This document shows, one piece after another, positions 9,726 to 17,677 of a DNA stretch of 64,000 nt (position 1 is the stretch's first letter; each line of letters starts with the position of its first letter). The translations under genes were made by a program, and so were the position numbers. The stretch is taken from assembly GCF_947500765.1 (NCBI RefSeq), contig NZ_CANMTH010000011.1, positions 14,968 to 78,967 of the forward strand. Reading direction: 5' to 3'. The notes under the pieces are model-generated. The model was not told where the DNA came from. It ran no database searches and saw only the letters and a list, made by a program, of their open reading frames with translations. The stretch comes from an uncultured Formosa sp. Its GTDB lineage: Bacteria > Bacteroidota > Bacteroidia > Flavobacteriales > Flavobacteriaceae.

Positions 9726-10475
9726 ATGGCAAAATACAAATCATTATTTAATGTAGAAGGCTCTATCGGAGAGGTAACCTTCTATAAAGGAGAAGACGGA
9801 TACTACATCCGGTCTAAAGGCGGTGTAAGCAAAGACCGCATATTAAACGATCCTGCGTTTGTGCGAACACGAGAAAACAATACTGAATTCGCACAATCGG
9901 CAACATCTGGCAAGCAACTGCGGCACGCCATTACAGCCTTGTTAACAGATGCTAAAGATAATCGGATGACATCCAGATTAACACAAGTGATGAGTCGTGT
10001 GAAGAATGCCGACTTAACTTCAGCAAGGGGGCAACGAAAAGTAAGTATCGGAATCACAACTAACGATGGTAAAGATGCCATTAAGGGATTCGACTTTAAC
10101 AACAATGCGCTTTTAAACAGTGTTTTACTTGAAGCGTTTACATTAGATACTACGACTGGCGAAATTAGTATACCTAATTTTATACCCTCGCAGCAGTTAA
10201 ATAGCCCAAGCGGTGCAACACATGTGAGTTTTAACGCAGGCTTCTTAAATCTGAATTTCAACGATAACATTTCAGATTTACAAGTCAGCCCTACTGTAAA
10301 TTTAGTCATTAACAACACAGCAGCGCCCTTAACGTTAACGCCCGCAACCACGCCCACAGGTACTGGAACCCCGTTTTATTTTTTTAAGATTACATTCTAT
10401 CAAGATGTAAACAACACCCAATACCCCTTAAAAAATGGAGCCTTTAATGTCTTACAACTTATTGAAGTATTGTAA
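9726..10475 (+). CDS. 249-aa hypothetical protein of a family I recognise as recurrent in Bacteroidota; function unknown
   Basis: Long ORF with its own terminator; EGSIGEVTFYKGEDGYYIRSKGG...NDPAFVRTREN N-terminus, helical middle, beta-rich C-terminus; likely start MAKYKS at 9726. Confidence 0.8.
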   Translation: MAKYKSLFNVEGSIGEVTFYKGEDGYYIRSKGGVSKDRILNDPAFVRTRENNTEFAQSATSGKQLRHAITALLTDAKDNRMTSRLTQVMSRVKNADLTSARGQRKVSIGITTNDGKDAIKGFDFNNNALLNSVLLEAFTLDTTTGEISIPNFIPSQQLNSPSGATHVSFNAGFLNLNFNDNISDLQVSPTVNLVINNTAAPLTLTPATTPTGTGTPFYFFKITFYQDVNNTQYPLKNGAFNVLQLIEVL

Positions 10476-10494
10476 ACAAGGTGTATCCCATTTT

Positions 10495-10525
10495 AAAATC
10501 CTCGTCCCCCCGAGGATTTTTTTTT
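10495..10525 (+). terminator. Intrinsic terminator
   Basis: AAAATCCTCG-TCCCCC-CGAGGATTTT followed by a T-run, 20 bp after the stop. Confidence 0.85.
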
Positions 10526-10539
10526 AAATCAAACCAGTA

Positions 10540-11585
10540 ATCATGCAAAACAAAGTAAAGCATCTCTCCTATAGAACCTAAATCACAAAACCAACTGTCA
10601 TGCAGAGCGGAGAGCAACGAAGCGAAGCATCTCACCAATAAAACCTAAAATCACAAAACTAACTGTCATACAGAGCAAGGAACGCAGTGAAGTATCTCTC
10701 CTATAGAACCTAAATCATAAAACCAACTGTCATGCAGAGCGCAGTGAAGCATCTCACCAATAAAACCTAAAATCACAAAACCAACTGTCATACAGAGCAA
10801 GGAACGCAGCGAAGTATCTCTCCTATAGAAATTAAATCATAAAACCATCTGTCATGCAGAGTGAAGAGCAACGAAGCGAAGCATCTCACCAATTGAACCC
10901 AAATCATGAAACCATTTGTCATACAGAACGCAGCAAAGCATCTCTCCTATAGAACCTAAATCACAAAACCATCTGTCATGCAGAGTGAAGAGCAACGAAG
11001 CGAAGCATCTCACCAATTGAACCTAAATCATGAAACCATCTGTCATGCAGAACGCAGTGAAGCATCTCTCCTATAGAACCTAAATCATAACATACAATAA
11101 ATAAGATTCCTCCTACCGTCGGAAATCGTAGATTCGACGCAGTCAATGACATTGCCCCCAAAATCATAAAACTAACTGTCATGCAGAACGCAATGAAGCA
11201 TCTCTCCAATAAAACCTAAAATTACAAAACTAACTGTCATGCAGAGCGCAGCGAAGTATCTCTCCAATAGAAACTAAATTTAAACATCTAGTAAATAAGA
11301 TTCCTCCTACCGTCGGAATGACATTGAAACCCAAATCATGAAACCATTTGTCATACAGAGCAAGGAACGCAGCGAAGCATCTCACCAATAAAACCTCAAT
11401 CATGAAACTAACTGTCATGCAGAGCGCAGTGAAGCATCTCACGAACAAAACCTAAATCAAAACATCTAGAAATAGATTCCTCCTACCGTCGGAAATCGTA
11501 GATTCGACGCAGTCAATGACATTGCCCCAAAAATCACAAAACCATTTGTCATACAGAGCAAGGAACGCAACGAAGTATCTTTCAA
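10540..11585 (+). repeat. REP-like palindrome array II (about 14 direct units plus 3 inverted ATTCC..GGAAT units)
   Basis: 57-69-bp periodicity of the same core as array I. Confidence 0.95.
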
Positions 11586-11647
11586 TTCACCCCCAATAAC
11601 AAATAATCCAAATTGAATTAGTCACCATTTTTTCATAAATTAATAAC

Positions 11648-11953
11648 ATGAAAACAAAAGGCGCTCATAATTATTATGTCTACATCTTAACCAATAAAAA
11701 CAAAACTGTTTTATATACAGGTGTAACAGGAAATTTAAAAGAACGCTTATACATTCATAACAATCCGCAGTCCTTTTCTAAAGCATTTACAGCAAAATAT
11801 AATTGTATTTTCTTAGTCTATTACGAACATTTTTTCTGCATTGAAACAGCGATCAGAAGAGAAAAGCAAATTAAAGGGTACAGCCGTATAAAGAAAAACA
11901 AACTAATTTCAGAGTTTAATCCTAATTGGAACTTTTTAAATGATAAGATTTAG
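11648..11953 (+). CDS. Stand-alone GIY-YIG nuclease (UPF0213-like)
   Basis: YYVYIL...LYTGVT (GIY-YIG), LKERL (Arg), AIRREKQIK (metal-binding Glu), FNPNW (Asn). Confidence 0.92.
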   Translation: MKTKGAHNYYVYILTNKNKTVLYTGVTGNLKERLYIHNNPQSFSKAFTAKYNCIFLVYYEHFFCIETAIRREKQIKGYSRIKKNKLISEFNPNWNFLNDKI

Positions 11954-11970
11954 AGGTAAGATAAACCTAC

Positions 11971-12450
11971 AAAATCACAATCACAACTGTCATGCAGAGC
12001 GGAGAGCAACGTAGCGAAGCATCTCACCAATAAAACCTCAATCATGAAACTAACTGTCATGCAGAACGCAATGAAGCATCTCTCCAATAGAACCTAAATC
12101 ATAACATACAATAAATAAGATTCCTCCTACCGTCGGAAATCGTAGATTCGACGCAGTCAATGACATTGCCCCAAAATCATGAAACCGACTGTCATGCAGA
12201 ACGAAGAGCAACGAAGCGAAGCATCTCACCAATAGAAACCAAAATCATGAAACTAACTGTCATGCAGAACGCAGTGAAGCATCTCTCCTATAGAACCTAA
12301 ATCATGAAACCAACTGTCATGCAGAACGCAGTGAAGCATCTCTCCTATAGAACCTAAATCATGAAACTAACTGTCATGCAGAACGCAGTGAAGCATCTCT
12401 CCTATAGAACCTAAACCATGAAACCAACTGTCATGCAGAACGCAGTGAAA
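11971..12450 (+). repeat. REP-like palindrome array III (about 7 direct units plus 1 inverted; near-perfect 57-bp tandem at 12244-12450)
   Basis: ATCATGAAAC(T/C)AACTGTCATGCAGAACGCAGTGAAGCATCTCTCCTATAGAACCTAA starts at 12244, 12301, 12358 and 12415 (last partial). Confidence 0.95.
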
Positions 12451-12474
12451 TAGCTTTAAAAGACGACATGCTAA

Positions 12475-13356
12475 CTAAACCGTATCAATAAATTTCTTCT
12501 CTGTACTATTAAAGACTATAAGTCCGAATAAAAACACTAAGACACTCACTATACCAATATACAGCAATTGAGACACAGAAATCTCTCCAACCCCCAAAGT
12601 AATATAACGGAACGCTTCAATAACAATAGTCATAGGATTATAAGCCACAAGCCAAGATACACTTGGTAACTTCTCTTCAAAAAAGGATAACGGATACATC
12701 ACTGCCGAGCCATACATTAATAACTGTACACCAAACGTTACCAAGAAAGTTAAATCACGATATTTTGTGGTCATAGACGAAATAAGCATTCCAAAACCTA
12801 ACCCCAAAAGCCCCATAATAAGAACCAAAACGGGTAATAGTAGTAAACTAATTTGCGGACTTGCAGCATATGCAGCATCGGTAAAACTCACATAATACAC
12901 GTAGAAACCTATAAATACCAATAACTGAATGGCGAATTTCACCAAATTAGACACCACAATAGACATCGGAATAATCACACGAGGGAAATAAACTTTCCCG
13001 AATATGGCTTGGTTTTTTGTAAATGTATCGCTAGTTCCTGTCAGACATTCTTTAAAATAATTCCATGCAGTAATCCCTGCCAAGTTAAACAAAAAAGCAG
13101 GTACGCCTGGCTTTACAGGAATGGCTGCCAAGTTATTAAAAATGACTGTGAATATAATAGACGTAAATAATGGTTGAATAAAATACCATAGTGGTCCAAG
13201 TATGGTCTGTTTATATACCGTGACAATATCACGTTTTACAAATAAGAATAATAAATCCTTGTACCTCCATATTTCCTTAAAATTAAGATCTACTAATTTA
13301 CGCTTCGGAGAAATGGTATATAACCAAGGAAGTTCTTGTTGGTCTGATGGATTCAA
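12475..13356 (-). CDS. wzm: Polysaccharide ABC transporter permease
   Basis: EIWRYKDLLFLFVKRDI...YKQTILGPLWYFIQP, GKVYFPR, NPMTIVIEAFR. Confidence 0.93.
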   Translation of the reverse strand: MNPSDQQELPWLYTISPKRKLVDLNFKEIWRYKDLLFLFVKRDIVTVYKQTILGPLWYFIQPLFTSIIFTVIFNNLAAIPVKPGVPAFLFNLAGITAWNYFKECLTGTSDTFTKNQAIFGKVYFPRVIIPMSIVVSNLVKFAIQLLVFIGFYVYYVSFTDAAYAASPQISLLLLPVLVLIMGLLGLGFGMLISSMTTKYRDLTFLVTFGVQLLMYGSAVMYPLSFFEEKLPSVSWLVAYNPMTIVIEAFRYITLGVGEISVSQLLYIGIVSVLVFLFGLIVFNSTEKKFIDTV

Positions 13357-13617
13357 TGTACTGATTTTAGATGCGCTAATATAACAAATGCATCGGAATT
13401 ATAAATTATGATTTAAGATTAGTTGTTTTTAGTTATGAGGTATTCTGATTACTGAGTTTTCATGCTTAATACTCGCATACTATCTCGTTTATTTTATTGC
13501 ATTTAAATAGCACCTTACATCAAGAGTTTGCTTTTTTCACATTCCCGTTAACCTAAATGGTATTCAGGTTATAATTCAAATGGGCTTTTGAAAACTTGTT
13601 TGTTAAAAAAAACACAG

Positions 13618-13926
13618 TGTCATTCCGACGATAGGAGGAATCTATTTCCAGATGTGTTTAATTTAGTTTCAATTGGAGAGATGCTTCGCTGCGTGCCTTG
13701 CTCTGCATGACAGTCAGTTTCATGATTTTTGGTTTCAATGTCATTGACTGCGTCGAATCTACGATTTCCGACGATAGGAAGAATCTATTCCAGATGTGTT
13801 TTGATTTAGTTTCTATTGGTGAGATGCTTCGCTGTGTGCCTTGCTCTGCGTGACAGTCAGTTTCATGATTAAAGATTCAATGTTATTGACTGTGTCGAAT
13901 CTACAATTTCCGAGGTACAAAGAATC
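13618..13926 (-). repeat. REP-like palindrome array IV, inverted relative to arrays I-III
   Basis: TGTCATTCCGACGATAGGAGGAATCT and GAGATGCTTCGCTGCGTGCCTTGCTCTGCATGACAG are reverse complements of array units. Confidence 0.9.
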
Positions 13927-14042
13927 GTTTAATCACCATTACACATTTACAACACACACTGTAAAAACAACCTCAGAAAATAACACCGACTTAACATGCT
14001 AGTACCGCATTAATCTGTATTTTTATACCTTAAAATTATACT

Positions 14043-14855
14043 ATGAAATTATCTCAAGTGAAACTAGTCGTTACCGATATGGATGGCACCTTACTAAACT
14101 CTAAAAGTCAAGTAAGTCCACTTTTTTTCAATCTATTTCAGAAACTTCAAGCTCATAATATTCATTTTATAGCAGCTAGTGGCCGACAATATTTTAGTAT
14201 TGTTGAAAAGCTAAAAACCATTAAAGATCAGATTACCATTATAGCAGAGAATGGAGGAATTACAAGACGTGGTGACCAAGAATTAGCTAAAATGCTATTA
14301 TCTAAAGACAGAATCAACTCCATTTTACCTTTACTAAGAACACTCGATAATGTTTTTATTGTGTTATGCGGAAAAAACAAAGCCTATATAGAAACACAAG
14401 ACATCCATTTCCCTAAGCTTTTAAGTGAATATTACTCAGAATTTAATACGGTTAAAGACTTGACAGAAGTGAAGGATGATGAGTTTTTAAAGATTGCCAT
14501 TTATCACACAGATAATTCTGAACAGTTTATTTATCCGCATGTCAAACATTTAGAACACGACCTTCAGATAAAAGTTTCTGGAGAACATTGGTTAGACATT
14601 TCTCATCACGATGCAAATAAAGGATTTGCTTTAAAACTCGTACAAGAAGAACTTGGGATCTCTGAAGATGAAACCATGGTGTTTGGCGACTATAACAACG
14701 ATTTAGAAATGCTTGAGCGTGCTTATTTTAGTTATGCTATGGCCAATGCACACCCGAATGTTAAGAAAGTGGCGCGTTTTGAAACTAAAAGCAATGATGA
14801 ATTGGGTGTTGAGACCGTTTTACAAGAACTGATTGCCACTAAGTCTGCTAAATAA
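14043..14855 (+). CDS. Cof-type HAD family hydrolase (subfamily IIB)
   Basis: TDMDGTLL, ASGR, ENGG, NKG, FGDYNNDLEML. Confidence 0.92.
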   Translation: MKLSQVKLVVTDMDGTLLNSKSQVSPLFFNLFQKLQAHNIHFIAASGRQYFSIVEKLKTIKDQITIIAENGGITRRGDQELAKMLLSKDRINSILPLLRTLDNVFIVLCGKNKAYIETQDIHFPKLLSEYYSEFNTVKDLTEVKDDEFLKIAIYHTDNSEQFIYPHVKHLEHDLQIKVSGEHWLDISHHDANKGFALKLVQEELGISEDETMVFGDYNNDLEMLERAYFSYAMANAHPNVKKVARFETKSNDELGVETVLQELIATKSAK

Positions 14856-14914
14856 TCACAAAAGCAGACTTTTGAAGGTATTCTAATTTGTTGAAGCCAC
14901 TCCTTAAATATATT

Positions 14915-15334
14915 TTAAGCACCGATAGCTGTTAATACCAACTGTCTGGAGCCGCCATAATCTCGGTGCTCACAAAGGTAGATACCTTGCCAGGTTCCTA
15001 AATTAAGCCGACCATTGGTAATAGGAATTTGAACACTCGCCCCCATTAAAGACGATTTTATATGTGCAGGCATATCGTCTGATCCCTCGTAGGCATGTAT
15101 ATAATACGGTTGATTTTCAGGCACCATAGTATTCATATGACTTTCAAAATCGACACGTACGGAAGGATCTGCATTTTCATTTACGGTTAAACTCGCTGAC
15201 GTATGTTTAATAAATACCTGTAACATTCCTGCTTTTATATTGCTCAACTCAGGTAGTACTTTGATTATATCGTCCGTGATAATATGAAACCCACGTTTAT
15301 ATGGTTTTAAAGTAATCTCTTTTTGATAGACCAT
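14915..15334 (-). CDS. yjbQ: YjbQ/UPF0047 family protein
   Basis: HTSASLTVNENADPSV, HIKSSLMG, LGTWQGIYLCEH. Confidence 0.9.
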   Translation of the reverse strand: MVYQKEITLKPYKRGFHIITDDIIKVLPELSNIKAGMLQVFIKHTSASLTVNENADPSVRVDFESHMNTMVPENQPYYIHAYEGSDDMPAHIKSSLMGASVQIPITNGRLNLGTWQGIYLCEHRDYGGSRQLVLTAIGA

Positions 15335-15811
15335 AAATAAGCTTTTGAATTAAAGATACAAAGGAAACATTTATATCTCAAATGTAAGTAATCGCTTAAT
15401 CATTAATAATTAAATGTCATTCCGACGCAGGAGGAATCTATAAACTATTGTTTATGTTGTCTTGATGTTCATTTTGCCTTGATGCAGATCCTTCGACTTC
15501 GCTCAGGATAGACCAAGCCAAAAGATCAAATGAATTTATAGGTCATTACTGCGTAGCATTCACTACCGAAGATTCATGCTTACTACTGCGTAGTACAGTT
15601 CCGCTTCTTCGTTCATTATGACTGAAAATTCATGGAGGTTCTATTGATGATTTATGTATAGGATTATGTTTTTGCTTTCTTTGATAATATGCTCTAATAG
15701 ATTCCTCGTGCCTCGGAATGACATTGGATTACTTTCAGATATTTAGATGTTTATTGATTCTCAAAGTTTTTTCAACCATAAATCACTAATTGTAGTAATG
15801 GCCTATCTAAA

Positions 15812-16032
15812 GGGTATCGTAAAATGTGCAGTGCACAGTACGTAAAATTTTAAGCTGTTTGAGCATGATCAAAGTTGATTAATGCTATTGATATTAATAT
15901 ACCCATGTTTTGATTAGGATTACATAATTACAAGCGAGTTCTTAAAATTTAGTACTGAAGCCTAACATTTAGATACGTTTTAGTCAGCCTAGCTTTTTTT
16001 GGTTCGTTTTTTTAGCGATGAAAAAAATGAAC
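15812..16032 (+). ncRNA. Structured Flavo-1-like element, copy 1
   Basis: Nested stems GTATC/GATAC, TAAAATGT/ACATTTA, CAGTAC/GTACTG, AAATTTTAAG/CTTAAAATTT around CTGTTTGAGC..GCGAGTT, then a GTTCGTTTT..AAAATGAAC hairpin; Flavo-1 resemblance recalled, not computed. Confidence 0.55.
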
Positions 16033-16427
16033 ATATTAAAAATAGATTCCTCGTATCTTGGAATGACATTGGATTTATTATCATATAATAATTTGTTGTA
16101 CAGATCCTTCGCTATCGCTCTGGATAAACCAAGCCAAAAAATCAAATGAATTTCTAGGTCATTACTGCGTACCATTCACTACCGAAGCTTTATGCTTACT
16201 ACTGTGTAGTGCAGTTCCGCTTCTTCGTTCATTATGACTGAAAATTCATGGAGGTTCTATTGGTGATTTATGTATAAGATTATGTTTTTGCTTTCTTTGA
16301 TAATATGCTCTAATAGATTCCTCGTACCTTGGAATGACATTGGATTACTTTCTGATATTTAGATGTTTATTGATTCTCAAAGTTTTTTCAACCATAAATC
16401 ACTAATTGTAGTAATGGCCTATCTAAA

Positions 16428-16648
16428 GGGTATCGTAAAATGTGCAGTGCACAGTACGTAAAATTTTAAGCTGTTTGAGCATGATCAAAGTTGATTAATG
16501 CTATTGATATTAATATACCCATGTTTTGATTAGGATTACATAATTACAAGCGAGTTCTTAAAATTTAGTACTGAAGCCTAACATTTAGATACGTTTTAGT
16601 CAGCCTAGCTTTTTTTGGTTCGTTTTTTTAGCGATAAAAAAAATGAAC
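16428..16648 (+). ncRNA. Structured Flavo-1-like element, copy 2
   Basis: Same stems as copy 1, offset +616. Confidence 0.55.
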
Positions 16649-17106
16649 ATATTAAAAATAGATTCCTCGTATCTTGGAATGACATTGGATTTATTATCAT
16701 ATAATAATTTGTTGTACAGATCCTTCGCTATCGCTCTGGATAAACCAAGCCAAAAGATCAAATGAATACTCTTTTTATCTTCTCTGTTCATTTTGTCTTG
16801 ATACAAAACGAACCAAAAAATCAAATGAATTTCTAGGTCATTACTGCGTAGCATTCACTATCGAAGCTTCATGCTTACTACTGCGTAGTGCAGTTCCGCT
16901 TCTTCGTTCATTATGACTGAAAATTCATGGAGGTTCTATTGGTGATTTATGTATAGGATTATGTTTTTGCTTTCTTTGATAATATGCTCTAATAGATTCC
17001 TCGTACCTTGGAATGACATTGGATTACTTTCTGATATTTAGATATTTATTGATTCTCAAAGTTTTTTCAACCATAAATCACTAATTGTAGTAATGGCCTA
17101 TCTAAA

Positions 17107-17327
17107 GGGTATCGTAAAATGTGCAGTGCACAGTACGTAAAATTTTAAGCTGTTTGAGCATGATCAAAGTTGATTAATGCTATTGATATTAATATACCCA
17201 TGTTTTGATTAGGATTACATAATTACAAGCGAGTTCTTAAAATTTAGTACTGAAGCCTAACATTTAGATACGTTTTAGTCAGCCTAGCTTTTTTTGGTTC
17301 GTTTTTTTAGCGATGAAAAAAATGAAC
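17107..17327 (+). ncRNA. Structured Flavo-1-like element, copy 3
   Basis: Same stems as copy 2, offset +679. Confidence 0.55.
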
Positions 17328-17677
17328 ATATTAAAAATAGATTCCTCGTATCTTGGAATGACATTGGATTTATTATCATATAATAATTTTTTGTACAGAT
17401 CCTTCGCTATCGCTCTGGATAAACCAAGCCAAAAGATCAAATGAATTTCTAGGTCATTACTGCGTAGCATTCACTATCGAAGCTTCATGCTTACTACTGC
17501 GTAGTGCAGTTCCGCTTCTTCGTTCATTATGACTGAAAATTCATGGTTTATAATCGTGATTTTGGTTTTAATAATTACTTATTTGCTTAAACAGCTTAGA
17601 ATTTTATGAGTTGTTCACTGTATATTTTACGTTACACTCTCGATAGGCCTAAGTCTTCACGATTTCACAACTCACCA

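Larger units (their letters stand above)
15485..17546. repeat. Tandem long direct repeat, about 3.2 units of 616 bp (third unit 679 bp)
   Basis: CAGATCCTTCG recurs at 15485, 16101, 16717 and 17396; units are nearly identical. Confidence 0.97.

Noticed and set aside
9803-10357. 184-aa antisense ORF and other shadow ORFs opposite housekeeping genes
   Set aside because: Fully overlapped by better-supported genes; typical antisense open frames
8346-12232. Short ORFs inside the palindrome arrays (8346, 8393, 10976, 11230, 12050)
   Set aside because: Translations simply mirror the repeat; no start context or domain motifs
10540-12450. CRISPR array interpretation of the roughly 28-bp repeat / 30-bp spacer pattern
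   Set aside because: Linkers are similar to each other rather than unique, repeats vary in length, inverted units are interspersed, and no cas genes are present
8292-12450. GCG-AGC motifs as ops-like antitermination sites for the glycan operon
   Set aside because: They lie on the template strand of wzm/wzt, and no NusG paralog is in the window
8149-13383. TATATTAG upstream of both wzm and wzt as a dedicated alternative-sigma signal
   Set aside because: A TAnnTTAG variant also precedes acnA, so it looks like ordinary -7 degeneracy
15984-17470. Repeated 63-84-aa minus-strand ORFs in the 616-bp units
   Set aside because: They are read-throughs of palindromes and hairpins, their length varies with the 63-bp insertion, and they have no recognisable motif
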